Source of the DNA: Chrysomallon squamiferum
Taxonomy: Eukaryota; Animalia; Mollusca
Reading direction: 5' to 3'
NCBI GenBank assembly: GCA_012295275.1
Contig: CM022667.1
Span: 8,866,001 to 8,930,000, forward strand
Length of the DNA: 64,000 bases
Position 1 is the stretch's first letter, and the number at the start of each line of letters is the position of its first letter. Positions 12,272-25,133 of this stretch are shown here, in pieces. Made by a program: the position numbers and the translations under genes. The notes under the pieces are model-generated. The model was not told where the DNA came from. It was given only the letters and a program-made list of their open reading frames with translations, and ran no database searches.

Positions 12272-12715
12272 TCATACATGTATACATATATATCCAAATA
12301 AAGCTTTTAATAAGGTCTTAGAGCTCCAGTCACTGGCAGGTGATTTCTGTGCTCGACGAAGCACAGATTGTTCTTTAGGCCCAGCAAACGTTTTCTTTTT
12401 GGCAACAGTTGGCACTGTAGCTTCAGAATCATCACTCTCGTCACTAATTGAAGAAACAACAACAAATTCTGAGGCCCTAGGTACTATGAACGTTTTTGAA
12501 TTTCTGTCCACTTCGAAGAACAAATCAGAAAACTGATCAAGCATTTCAGACATTTTACCTACGCCATAGTCCCTGTGACAAACACTCTTTTTTATTTTTT
12601 TGCAGATCAGCTCCCAAACACGCTGCTTTTGAAAGCCGTTGGGATATTCATGCAAAATGTCTTGAAAATGTCTACGCAACTCTCTTCTGTTTTTCTCTAT
12701 TTCTTTCTTACTCAT
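12272..12715 (-). CDS. Stand-alone LOTUS/OST-HTH-like ORF (147 aa) in duplicated 5' cassette, copy 2
   Basis: MSKKEIEKNRRELRRHFQDILHEYPNGFQKQRVWELICKKIKKSVCHRDYGVGKMSEMLDQFSDLFFEV fits the LOTUS pattern (helix-L..YP.G...helix...YG...M.E.L...D.F.V). It has the same acceptor/ATG context as the main gene. The last ~16 codons are read-through into the next unit's upstream DNA. Confidence 0.6.
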   Translation of the reverse strand: MSKKEIEKNRRELRRHFQDILHEYPNGFQKQRVWELICKKIKKSVCHRDYGVGKMSEMLDQFSDLFFEVDRNSKTFIVPRASEFVVVSSISDESDDSEATVPTVAKKKTFAGPKEQSVLRRAQKSPASDWSSKTLLKALFGYICIHV

Positions 12716-14382
12716 GATGAATTGTTATTAGTCATTAGAAACAATCATCTAAAAATATAAATTTTTATGTTTTAAAAATTAACAAAGCCTAGTTATAATA
12801 TTGTGAAACATTATATTTCTAAAAACTAATTATAAGCAATCAGATGTTTGATTTAAAAACATCATATAAACAGTTAAAGCAAAAAAGCCTCACAAACATA
12901 ATTAAAACCTTTTTGTAATACTTACATAAATACTTCTATTAATATTACATAGTTTTTATAATGATTCAAATAAACATTATTCCTTTATTTGCTTATTTGT
13001 TCACTGTAATTCTTTCCTATGTCGAACAAATTACTTATATCCTTTATGGTCGCATTTCCTGGAAATAGTTTAACTGAAAGTGATTATGAGTAATAAATAA
13101 CTTCTAATTTCTTGGAAATATTAATTATTAAATAACGATAACAGAGTGACGCAATTAATCTACTGAATATACTTGAAATGTAGATGTAAAATATCCGCCA
13201 TGAAAATATAACGAAGCATCTAAGAAACGATATTTACAATGAAGAAAAAAAAAAATGATCACTGCAGAAAATGAGAAAGCAACAACTTGCAAAAGATAAA
13301 CGAGCAAAGTGAAAGTAGATTTACAAACAGCAAAGAAAACTAAATTTCCACGAATTGATTACTCACAAAATATTCTTTGAAATTCACTTAGAAAATACTT
13401 AATTAACGTATTTTTGCATTCTGTTATGCACTTCAAATTATTTCAAAACATTTACAATGAAATTCTCTCGTGCGTTCTTGAGTAACAAAACCTCGATTAC
13501 TAAAGAAACTAGTTTGTTTTTATTTGCATTTTGCTTTTTCTGTTGAACATTCCGCCATTTTGAATGCGCTACTACTAGAAATAAAAGAAAGTTAAAAACA
13601 AGTACATAGTAATAAATATGTAATATATATATATATATATATATATATTAAATTGCAACAATAACTTTAGAGTTTCACCAATACGTGCAGAATAGATAAA
13701 AATACCTAATCAGTGCGAATTTACATTAAAGAAAAAAAAAAAAAATCCTATCTTGATCCGTTTTGGAGTCCATGGACTCGTCCATTTCGTTATGTTCTAT
13801 AGTTATACCATAATCTTATCGTTATATTTTTTTTTTTTTTTTTTAAATATATTAAAGGGCGAATCTTGTTTTTAAGATTTTCTTTAATTATCTTTGCACA
13901 GATTATATCTGCTTGCGTTGCATTTTCTTGCATTGTTCTCACATACATAATCGCCAAAGACACACCCCTTCTCTCCAAAAAAAGCCGTGGTTGCGCTTAG
14001 GTACCATTGTACCGTTGGCTGAACGAAATTAGATTTCGGGTGCTAAATTCAAACTAATATATGGCTGAAATGTAGTAAATTAACGTTGTTGACCCTTAAA
14101 TTGCCTTAGGAAGTTGTTTTTCTACTTGGCAAAACATTTATTTGTTCACAAACGAAAATGCTAGCCATTCAAAACTTCTCTGCAGTATATTGTAGCAAGA
14201 GAAGCAAGTAACAAATAACTGATATATGACAACATTTTCAAAAACATTATTCTCCTTTATAATTATCTTTTCAAGAACAACAATAACAACATTAAAATGA
14301 CTCCATGGCAACATAAACATTGAATATCTCATACATGTATACATATATATCCAAATAAAGCTTTTAATAAGGTCTTAGAGCT

Positions 14383-14775
14383 CCAGTCACTGGTAGGTGA
14401 TTTCTGTGCTCGACGAAGCACAGATTGTTCTTTAGGCCCAGCAAACGTTTTTTTTTTTTGGCAACAGTTGGCACTGTAGCTTCAGAATCATCACTCTCGT
14501 CACTAATTGAAGAAACAACAACAAATTCTGAGGCCCTAGGTACTATGAACGTTTTTGAATTTCTGTCCACTTCGAAGAACAAATCAGAAAACTGATCAAG
14601 CATTTCAGACATTTTACCTACGCCATAGTCCCTGTGACAAACACTCTTTTTTTTTTTTTGCAGATCAGCTCCCAAACACGCTGCTTTTTGAAAGCCGTTG
14701 GGATATTCATGCAAAATGTCTTGAAAATGTCTACGCAACTCTCTTCTTTTTTTTCTCTATTTCTTTCTTACTCAT
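14383..14775 (-). pseudogene. Frameshifted copy of the stand-alone LOTUS-like ORF (copy 3)
   Basis: Same sequence as 12326-12715 but with indels in T-runs (about 14450-14459, 14647-14659, 14685-14689, 14747-14754). All are in homopolymers, so they may be long-read errors. Confidence 0.55.
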
Positions 14776-15681
14776 GATGAATTGTTATTAGTCATTAGAA
14801 ACAATCATCTAAAAATATAAATTTTATGTTTTAAAAATTAACAAAGCCTAGTTATAATATTGTGAAACATTATATTTCTAAAAAACTAATTATAAGCAAT
14901 CAGATGTTTGATTTAAAAACATCATATAAACAGTTAAAGCAAAAAAGCCTCACAAACATAATTAAAACCTTTTTGTAATACTTACATAAATACTTCTATT
15001 AATATTACATAGTTTTTATAATGATTCAAATAAACATTATTCCTTTATTTGCTTATTTGTTCACTGTAATTCTTTTCCTATGTCGAACAAATTACTTATA
15101 TCCTTTATGGTCGCATTTCCTGGAAATAGTTTAACTGAAAGTGATTATGAGTAATAAATAACTTCTAATTTCTTGGAAATATTAATTATTAAATAACGAT
15201 AACAGAGTGACGCAATTAATCTACTGAATATACTTGAAATGTAGATGTAAAATATCCGACATGAAAATATAACGAAGCATCTAAGAAACGATATTTACAA
15301 TGAAGAAAAAAAAAAATGATCACTGCAGAAAATGAGAAAGCAACAACTTGCAAAAGATAAACGAGCAAAGTGAAAGTAGATTTACAAACAGCAAAGAAAA
15401 CTAAATTTCCACGAATTGATTACTCACAAAATATTCTTTGAAATTCACTTAGAAAATACTTAATTAACGTATTTTTGCATTCTGTTATGCACTTCAAATT
15501 ATTTCAAAACATTTACAATGAAATTCTCTCGTGCGTTCTTGAGTAACAAAACCTCGATTACTAAAGAAACTAGTTTGTTTTTATTTGCATTTTGCTTTTT
15601 CTGTTGAACATTCCGCCATTTTGAATGCGCTACTACTAGAAATAAAAGAAAGTTAAAAACAAGTACATAGTAATAAATATG

Positions 15682-15717
<36 letters not shown>

Positions 15718-17269
15718 TTGCAACAATAACTTTAGAGTTTCACCAATACGTGCAGAATAGATAAAAATACCTAATCAGTGCGAATTTACATTAAAGAAAA
15801 AAAAAAAAAAAAAAAAAAAAAATCCTATCTTGATCCGTTTTGGAGTCCATGGACTCGTCCATTTCGTTATGTTCTATAGTTATACCATAATCTTATCGTT
15901 ATAGCATTTTTTTTTTTTTTTTTTTTAAATATATTAAAGGGCGAATCTTGTTTTTAAGATTTTCTTTAATTATCTTTGCACAGATTATATCTGCTTGCGT
16001 TGCATTTTCTTGCATTGTTCTCACATACATAATCGCCAAAGACACACCCCTTCTCTCCAAAAAAAGCCGTGGTTGCGCTTAGGTACCATTGTACCGTTGG
16101 CTGAACGAAATTAGATTTCGGGTGCTAAATTCAAACTAATATATGGCTGAAATGTAGTAAATTAACGTTGTTGACCCTTAAATTGCCTTAGGAAGTTGTT
16201 TTTCTACTTGGCAAAACATTTATTTGTTCACAAACGAAAATGCTAGCCATTCAAAACTTCTCTGCAGTATATTGTAGCAAGAGAAGCAAGTAACAAATAA
16301 CTGATATATGACAACATTTTCAAAAACATTATTCTCCTTTATAATTATCTTTTCAAGAACAACAATAACAACATTAAAATGACTCCATGGCAACATAAAC
16401 ATTGAATATCTCATACATGTATACATATATATCCAAATAAAGCTTTTAATAAGGTCTTAGAGCTAGAGTTACCTCCCTTCCTTGGACTATTTTCGAACTT
16501 TTTGTTTTACGTTGAAGCTAAACAGAAGGCGAGTTACATGTATGACCCATACCTCAAGGTCCGTACCTATTATTATTATTATTATTTTTTTTTTTGTGCT
16601 TTGTAGTTTTCATTTTAAGATTAGCTGTATAGTGTTCTAATAAAATTTAAATAAATTGACCAAAATTATGATTCTACGTCCCCTTTCAAATCACCGACAT
16701 TTTAGGCTTCTCAGAGCAGACAAAACACAGGAATGACACCAAAACTGTTGGTTTCACAGCTTTTCCAAATTATCAGTTTTCAAGCCAAAAGTCATCACAT
16801 AACGACAATTCATATATATATATATATACTATGAACTGCTAGAAATTTAAATTCACTAAATATTAACTGCAAACTAAAAGATTAAATGAAATATATTAGT
16901 ATGCAGTTATGGATATTAGTATGTACTACTAATAAAATCATTTTATTAATACAATATATTACGTTTTAAATAATGATTTTCATATATTTTTTTAATTCTC
17001 TCTTGTTTGCAAGAAGTAATTACTACAGTTAGCATACAGAATTACACTTGATAATAAACACAAAGCAGGGGGAACAAATACTTGTAAGGGGAACAACTAT
17101 TCCTGAATATTCTTCGTTCCTTGGAGGAACGAATATTCGGGAGGAACACGTATTCTCTGACACAGAATGTTTGTGTTCTGCAAATTGTGTACCAGTAAAT
17201 CGTCCAAACGTCGTGGAGGTCGGTGGTGGGCTAACAGACTACACCAGCAGCAACAACATACATTAAAGC

Positions 17270-17620
17270 AAAAGGACTGAGATGGTCATAAGCTTCACGT
17301 ATTTAGGATCATCTATAACAGATAGCAGTTTCAAGAACGACGTTCTGTCCAGTACATTATTTAATACTGCAGCAATGTCAAACAATGTCAAACAAATATT
17401 ATTCTATGTTAAAAGATATAATTCCAGCACTTCCTAACTGATAAATCCATCTTTGTGAATCTTGCAGTATCAAAGATGAGCTTCAAAGAAGAATACAAAA
17501 AATACATGCCACAAGACTGGCTCACTGTCACAACAAACTAATGCAGGAAAATATAGCATGCACAGACTACTTTTGTTTTTAAGAATTAGTGTGGCGTGTC
17601 CAGGTAACATCTAGTTCTGA
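17270..17620 (+). mobile_element. Degenerate RTE-like non-LTR retrotransposon relic (C-terminal part of RT)
   Basis: Translates to TEMVISFTYLGSSITDSSFKNDVLS (RTE-type LE.V..F.YLGS.I.D motif), followed by broken SIF..CES and ELQRRIQ segments with frameshifts. Confidence 0.6.
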
Positions 17621-18106
17621 CATAAAAAACAAACAAAATAGGAATTGTTTTATTATTTATTTTTTCCTCCAATAAAAATAATAATAACATACTTATAAAA
17701 TTTAACAACTATATATTCAAATGACAGTAAAATGACATTTTAAAAAGCATAAAATTAATACATATGTAGTAAATAACAGTTGTATATATATATAATGTAT
17801 ATATAATTTTAAAATATTTATAATTATATAAAAAATAAAAAATGTAATACGTAAAAAGGTACATTAAAATGCATTTATAATTATGTACATGTATAATTAA
17901 AAATAAAATAAAAACTATACTTATTTAATAATAAAAATGAATTAAAAATGTTTTCTAAAGTTTTACTAAATAAACTGTAGTCTTTTAGTGTTTGTTTTTT
18001 GTTGTTTCTGTTAGTTTTGTAATTTTGTAGTTTACTTATTTATTTCTATTTTTGTCTTGTCAAATTATTTATTATTTTTTAATTACTGCTTTAAAATATA
18101 GTACAC

Positions 18107-18156
<50 letters not shown>

Positions 18157-18307
18157 TTCTTCTTCTTGTCCTTTTTTTCAGTTTCTAATCTCATCAGAGA
18201 TCAGATGTGATTGTCAGTAGAAATTAAATACATGTATAAATATAATATAAATTCTCAGGAATTTTCTTTATAGAACAGTGTAAAAAGTCTGTCAAAAACC
18301 ATAAACT

Positions 18308-21300
18308 TCAATATTTGTCGAGGTTTGTTATTTTGATAAAGCTGTATGCAAAGATTTCCTGTAAATCTTCAACTGCTTTGTTGTACATCTGCACCTGTGT
18401 TGCTTTCTTCTCCAACTTCTCACTGAGGTTTGCAGCTTCATCTCTGAAATTTAAATATAAATATAATTAACCACTGATGTATTTGTACATAAAATAAACT
18501 CTAAGAAAAATAACTAAAAAAATTCATTGTTTTTGACGTGCATAATAATAATAATCAAAACTTGTTTTCCTTTTTATCTGAATCAATCATTTATCAGTAA
18601 TAACTCAAAAATAAAAATAAAAAACAACTATGTATTCAAATGACATGTAAAATAAAGATTTCTGGTATGGTTATTGTGTCCATGTGTTTGATATTTAATG
18701 ACAGTTAACAATAATTTGTGGAGGTGCTGTCAAACACACATTTATCTGTTCATTCAAATTCCTGTTATTTATTTATTAGCATCACTTTTGAAAAAACATA
18801 ATATTATTTAAGCTTTGTTTAAAGTAAAACAGGTCTAACATATTACTCACATACATACATACGTACATAATATATATGTATATATATATATGTACATATA
18901 TACATACATGTATACACATATAATTACATTTTTACATGCATACCTATACATACACATGTACATACATACATGCATAAATATGTACAGACACACACACACA
19001 AACACACAGATGTATCCTAATTCACCTTGCAAGCTGGAGGTCTCTCTCGTAGGCCTTGTTAATCAGCTCTCTGTAGCTCTGTTGACACATCATAATGTTC
19101 TTCAAACTCGCCACTCTCAGACTGCAACACTCGTCAACATCAGCTACCATCTCTTCCTTCTCCAGCAGTTTGTTCTTCAAGATTTCCAGTTCTGAAAATT
19201 CAAAGTCTTCATGTAAACTATTATTCTGTATTACGTTTAAAAAAAATAAAAAAATAATAATAACAATAATAATAAATAAAATTTTAAGTAATAAAATTAA
19301 GGTATTATTTTGTATTATTCTTTAAAAATGATAATAATCATAAATAAAATTATAAATGATAAATTAAAAAAAGAGAGAGAGAGAGAGATGCACATATATA
19401 TTTGTTTCTATTTTTTCTTTTCATTTTCACCTTCTTTGTTTAATGTGATATCAATATTCAGGGAGGAAATGAGATCTTGTAAGATTTTCTTCTGCACCAG
19501 CTGTGAATCTCTATCTTCCTGAGTTGTTGTCAGTGTGTCTGCCAGAGACTCCAAAGAGTGCTCCACTTCCTGTTTCTGTGTCTGCAAAACAAGTCAGTAG
19601 TGAGGCTTGAAGCAGATAACATTTCTACCTTCGTGTGCTTTGTAACTGACAGTGTTGCCGCTTGATATTTTTGCACATTTATGTCTTAAAATTTCCACTA
19701 ACAACATACTGACTGTTGACATTTTGCCTGCAGGCATATTGACAGTTTGATTGCAGACATATTGTCCACTGATATTTTGCCTGATGACATATTGTCTTTT
19801 GGACATTATGACTGATGACATTGTCGGTTGATGTTTTGAGTGTAGATGTATTATCTGTTGGATATTGTAACTGCCACCATATTGTCAGTTGCAGTTTTGA
19901 CTGTTAGTATTTTTTCAAGCATTATCATTATTAAAATTAAAGAGCTTCATTTTAAAATAAAATAAAATAAAATAAATCATGTTACATAACATCATTCCTT
20001 ACTGCAGTTCTCACTGAAGACCTTAACTGAGGCAATTTCTCAATATATATTTTAGTGTTTACGTGTTTGTTACAGATGAACACATCCAGACAAATGCACT
20101 AACCAAACATGTTTACATTTTGAGAAAAACAAGAATGTGTTTATTGATTCGACAAAACCTACTCTCAGTCCGTCAACAATTTTTCTTTCATCATTAATAG
20201 ACTTGATGATCTGAGTTTCCTCTTTTTTCAGTGAGTCAAACTCGTGCCACTCAGCTGTAAACTCTTCCTGCATCACTGAAGTTTTTTCTTTTATTTTGTC
20301 CAGCTACAGGAGAATGAATAAATGACAAACGTTCATTGGTTAACTAGCTAAGATATTTTTGAAAGTAATAATTTGTTGGCAGTTGTTACACATTTTTAAT
20401 TATCAGTCACATATTTTATCAAATTTAAAAAAAAAAAATTATGACAGGTCATGTTGTAATGTTTTTCTCTCTCAGTATTTTACATTCTAGATAGAAAATA
20501 TATATTTATTTTAATTTTTTTTTTTCTTTTGTATATTTTCCTAATTGCAGATGTTGATGAAACATTGCAATCAAAATGTAAATATAACAGAATCTCAGAT
20601 ATGTAAAAGAAAAATTATTGTAATAAACTAAATAATAACTTAAAAGAAATATAACAAAACAATCTTGTTCTGTGAATATGTAGAAAATCTTCAACATACA
20701 GACATTTTATCATTTGCAATGGAATTGTTTAGCTGCATGATTTTCTCTGTCAGTTCTTTGGCATCATTCTTCAGTGTGTGAAGTTTTTTGTTAATATCCT
20801 TTTGAATTTTCTCTGCTTTTTCGAGTCTGGCTCTGGCATGTAACACTTGGACTTCCAGAGACGACAGATGCAAAGTCTTCTGCTGCAGTTCTTCCACAAC
20901 CTTTCGGTACAGTTTTTCCTTTTGATCCTTCTGCAGTATAAAAATAAACAAACCGAATAACGCTTATGTGATGACAACCCCCACACCATAATTATTTGAA
21001 TTTACTCACAACCACCCTATCAGAAGTATTTAATTTACAAATATATCAAGAATATTTTATTTTATTTATTATTGTATTCTTATATTCTATCATAACAACC
21101 ATCACTTTTTGTTATCTTTATTTTTTCATTCCTCCTACATCCAGAATGACAGAATGTTAAGTCAGTGTCGTCTTAAGATAGGGACCTGCGGTGTTGTTAA
21201 GATGGCCCTGCTTCAAGTATCTTTCCTGATGCTGGATCTCACACAACACTTACACTGTGTCTCTCCTGGTCAATGTGTGCCTCCAGGTCAAACTTCTTAG

Positions 21301-24205
21301 CCACAAGTGCTTCGATGTCATTATTGAACTGCTTCACTTTGGTCTGCAGTGACTGGTTCTGCATGTGCACCTGGCTGAGATGGGATGTCACCATCGTAAG
21401 CTGGTTCTTAAGAACTGCCGTCTGCTCCTTTTTCTTTTCCAATTCGTCCAGCTTGCTGATGTACTTCTTCCTGGCAAACTCTACCTGTAATGATAATTAC
21501 AGGACGTTAATTACTGATTACATGTTCTACATTTAACTTCATCTTTAGCCAGTGTTTAACTGCTAGAGCCTAAATTTAACCTCCTTTTGAGGTAGGGTTT
21601 AACTGATATGAACTTTATTTATTTATTTATTGTTTCTTTTTGTTGTTGCTTTTTAATGATATTTGGTTTTGGTGTACCCTGTGAAGCAAGATTTTTGTTA
21701 TTGTTGTTGTTGCTGCTGCTGCTGCTGTTGTTGTTCCATTGATTATTTTTAATAGCTTATTCTCCTTTAGAAACTTGTTCAATCTTACCATGACTGGCAT
21801 GGTATTTATGAATCCTCTATTAGAATTATCATTAAGGATAGACAAGAATTTAAGCCAGCAACTGAAGCAGTAATGCTGTACACAACCTACCTCAACATTC
21901 AGTTCATTAATCATCTTATGGCCAAAATGTATTTCTTGTTTGTTGTTTTGCAGCTCCGATTCAGTCTGATGAAACATTGTGGTCATCTTCATTATTTCTT
22001 CATCTTTCGCGTCACCTTCCATAATTATGTCTTTCAACTGAACAAATCAAAATCACGAGAAAGGTTCACACAAAGCCAGGTTTAAAAAGACCAGCAACAG
22101 GAAATTAATATTTACAAACATGATTTTTGTCCTTTGACCTACATATGCATGTATGCATACACACACATCATATGCATTTGCACATAGCTACACCAACACA
22201 CACACACACACACACACACAATCACATATACACATGTATACACATAAGCAATTAATTACATTTTCTGATGACTGAAACATAATGTTATTTTTTTTTTTAA
22301 ATTAATAAAAAACAACAAAACAACAACAATGCTTTGATACCACTGTCTTAACAGCTGGAGCATCACCCCCAGCTACAATCTGTTTTTCCAGATCCAACTT
22401 GATATCTTCCAGCCTCACGATTTCCTGGATTGCTTCCTTTCCCCATGCAGTTTCCTTGAACATTCTCACCTCGTCCACTTTGAGTATTTCTATCAGTCGA
22501 CTGACCTCTGCCTACAAATACAATAACAGTTTCATTCCTGATGGGTTGGGTTGGCTGTTTGCTAGTATTTTAAAACAAATGGCAGTTGAGGCAGAAGTAC
22601 TCATAATCGTAGATAATAGTAAGTAGTGGTTGTACCAGTATTATTTAATAAAGGTTGAGTAATAACACCAGAATACCTGTAGTAGTAGTTGTTGTTGTAG
22701 TGGTAGTGTAGTGTACTAGTACTACTTGTAGTCTTGAACAGTAACAGATGTAGTTGCAGTTGCAACAGGATTTAGTAGCAGCAGTGGGTAGTGAAGAAGT
22801 ATGTTTAGTTGCAGTAGTTGCAATGGTAGCCACAGTGGTAGTGGTAATTAAGAATTTTAGTTGTAGTAGCAGTAGCAGTAATTTTAATACATACCTCTAA
22901 ATTCGTGACAGATTGTAGTTTGTCTGGAATATGATACTGAACTTTGTCTATTTGCACTTTGTCTGGGACATGATGTTGAACTTCGTCTATTTGCACTTTG
23001 TCTGGGACATGATGTTGAACTTCATCTATTTGCACTTTGTCTGGGACATGATGCTGCTCTGTGTCTATTTGTATTTTGTCTGGGACATGATGCTGCTCTG
23101 TGTCTATTTGTAGTTTGTCTGGGACATGATGCTGAACTTTGTCTATCTGTGCCTTCTGCAGTTTGTGTAAAAGCTGCTCGGGACTTTCGTAATCATCAAG
23201 GCTTTCTGTTTTCATTTTTTCTTCCACTATCTGTATTCTGGCCATCCCAGACATTTCTTCTATTATTATCTCTTCTGTATTTTTGTCCTCGGGTTCGTTT
23301 TTGTCGTGGTGAATCCGGGAAGGAATCATGTAATCGGCATAATCAATGATATCCCCTCTAACCACATTTTTTTTAATCATGTCCTTTGTATCCAGGTTCA
23401 CTCCGTCACCCACTTTGGTTTTTGGAGGGGGCGATTCAGTTCTTGTCAGCTCTGTTGGTGGTGACAGCGATTCCACCTGTTCAGGCTGTGGAGGTGGTGA
23501 CTCAACCTCTTTGGGTGGTGTTGGTGGTGATTCAGCCTGTTCAGGCTGTGGAGGTGGTGACTCAACCTCTTTGGGTGGGGTTGGTGGTGATTCAGCCTGT
23601 TCAGGCTGTGGAGGTGGTGACTCAACCTCTTTGGGTGGTGTTGGTGGTGATTCAGCCTGTTCAGGCTGTGGAGGTGGTGACTCAACCTCTTTGGGTGGTG
23701 TTGGTGGTGATTCAGCCTGTTCAGGCTGTGGAGGTGGTGACTCAACCTCTTTGGGTGGGGTTGGTGGTGATTCAGCCTGTTCAGGCTGTGGAGGTGGTGA
23801 CTCAACCTCTTTGGGTGGTGTTGGTGGTGACTCAACCTGTTCAGGCTGTGGAGGTGGTGACTCAACCTCTTTGGGTGGTTCTGAAGGCAACCCAGTCTCT
23901 TCTGGTCTGCCATCATCAGATTTTGTTGACCCGCTTTCAATGCTTTCAGGTACAGCCATGTTCCCTTCTTTTTGCAATGCAATCTCTTCCAAGGACACTG
24001 TTGTCGAGCACCTCTTTCGAGCTATAGGAACTTCGTACAGAGCATCTTCATTGTCACTTTTGCAAACAGCTTCCCGTCCCATTTCAGAAACATTATCATT
24101 GATCGTGGACGTGGCAACAGACGGGGTAATGCTTCCTTTTTGGCTTCCAAGAGAAATCAGATAGCTGTGTCGTCTGGATCTATCGAGAACATCTTCTTCT
24201 TCCAT
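18308..24205 (-). CDS. Uncharacterised coiled-coil protein, paralog A (~894 aa; disordered repeat-rich N-terminal half, coiled-coil C-terminal half)
   Basis: Exons 24205-22895, 22511-22341, 22037-21891, 21484-21254, 20930-20700, 20303-20163, 19581-19431, 19191-19026, 18443-18308 (TGA). All GT-AG and phase-consistent. Acceptor at 24224; upstream non-coding exon donor AAC|GTAAGT at 24607. Confidence 0.9.
19660..19910. repeat. Degenerate ~15-bp tandem repeat (GACATWTTGNCTGNN)
   Basis: Recurrent gacattttgcctg / gacatattgtcc / gatattttgcctg motifs inside an intron. Confidence 0.6.
22912..23148 (-). repeat. Coding 39-bp tandem repeat, about 6 copies (IDEVQHHVPDKVQ)
   Basis: Visible in DNA (ttgtctgggacatgatg...) and in the protein of paralog A. 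Confidence 0.95.
23469..23880 (-). repeat. Coding 60-bp tandem repeat (30-bp dimer), about 7 copies (PPKEVESPPPQPEQAESPPT)
   Basis: Near-perfect 60-bp periodicity, seen as identical successive sequence lines. Confidence 0.97.
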
Positions 24206-25018
24206 TATGTCCTTTCCCAGTGGCTGAAAAACAGAAATACTTTGTTTTCTCTCTGTCTTTATCTACAAACTCATACTTGAATGAACTGGAAATGTGTTTT
24301 AGTGTGTGAGTTAATATTTTTTTTTTTTTTTTTAATTGGTAAAAAAACATTTATTATTTTATTTTATTTTATTTTATTTTTTTTGGGTGGGGGGTCCTTC
24401 TTTTTCTTCTTTTAATGAAAATATCACTAATTTTTCTAAATGATTTTTCTGAACTGTCGATAAAATGGATTCGGTTAATTATAGCTATGTCACCGTTTAT
24501 CCAGATTACTGCAATTTGAAAAATCCATTTTTCAGAAACTGGTTAATTTTGAATTTGACGTATTGTATAACAGCTAGTTATAGTTCGATGTCGTTTCCGG
24601 TACTTACGTTGCTAGTACGAGACATCTGCTCGCGGTAATATAATTTTTGTCTCAATTTATTATCATTTTCATTGATTATTGTGTCTAAAAGGCCAGAAGT
24701 AATTTGAAAAATTATTTTATTTGTCATTCGCTCCTGAAATTTGAATGCCCAATTTCGTAACTACTAACCGAAATGTTTTATCAGTTTACAGCTTTAAAAA
24801 GAAGAATACGAACAAACTTATAAATAAGCATGAAAAAGAAAGACAGAAAAAATAATAAAAAAAGAAAGAAACGAAATGGAAAAAACAATATTCTCGTTTC
24901 AAGAGAGAGAGAGAGAAAGCAAAAAGCAACAATAAAAATAAATATAAATACCTACAATTGGATCCCTTTTCTGTAATGGAAAACTGCAGATTGTGCAACA
25001 AAATACCTCTGACGGTTC

Positions 25019-25053
<35 letters not shown>

Positions 25054-25109
25054 TTCAGTATTTTTTAGTCTAATGGCATCTTTTCTCTTTTATAGTATTT
25101 AATTATTTA

Positions 25110-25133
25110 TTACGTCATTATCTGATTACGTCA
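25110..25133. promoter_or_regulatory. Paired CRE/ATF-like sites (TTACGTCA x2) upstream of paralog A
   Basis: TTACGTCA at 25110-25117 and 25126-25133. A matching TTACGTCA lies upstream of paralog B at 35019-35026. Confidence 0.4.

Larger units (their letters stand above)
10611..16464 (-). repeat. Three near-identical head-to-tail copies of the NOV-like gene 5' end (units 10611-12325, 12326-14382, 14383-16464)
   Basis: The same ~1.7 kb block recurs three times (ATGs at 10652, 12715, 14775). Copies differ mostly in homopolymer and (TA)n lengths plus a few substitutions. Junction sequence GGTCTTAGAGCT|CCAGTCACTGG at 12325 and 14382; unique sequence resumes after 16464. Confidence 0.97.

Noticed and set aside
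11724-16426. Recurrent small ORFs MERRGVSL... and MYTCMRYS... (multiple copies)
   Set aside because: They recur only because of the tandem duplication; they run through poly-A tracts of variable length and have no recognisable motif.
16465-16480. AGAGTTACCTCCCTT at the duplication breakpoint as a transposon terminus that caused the duplication
   Set aside because: It resembles a short motif I associate with mollusc repeats, but no second end, target-site duplication or element body is visible; the 2-bp microhomology explains the junction adequately.
23346-24164. Long plus-strand and alternative-frame ORFs (Gly/Cys-rich, Val-rich, His-rich)
   Set aside because: Stop-free by-products of the 60-bp repeat; only the minus frame starting MEEEDVLDR is conserved with paralog B and splices in phase.
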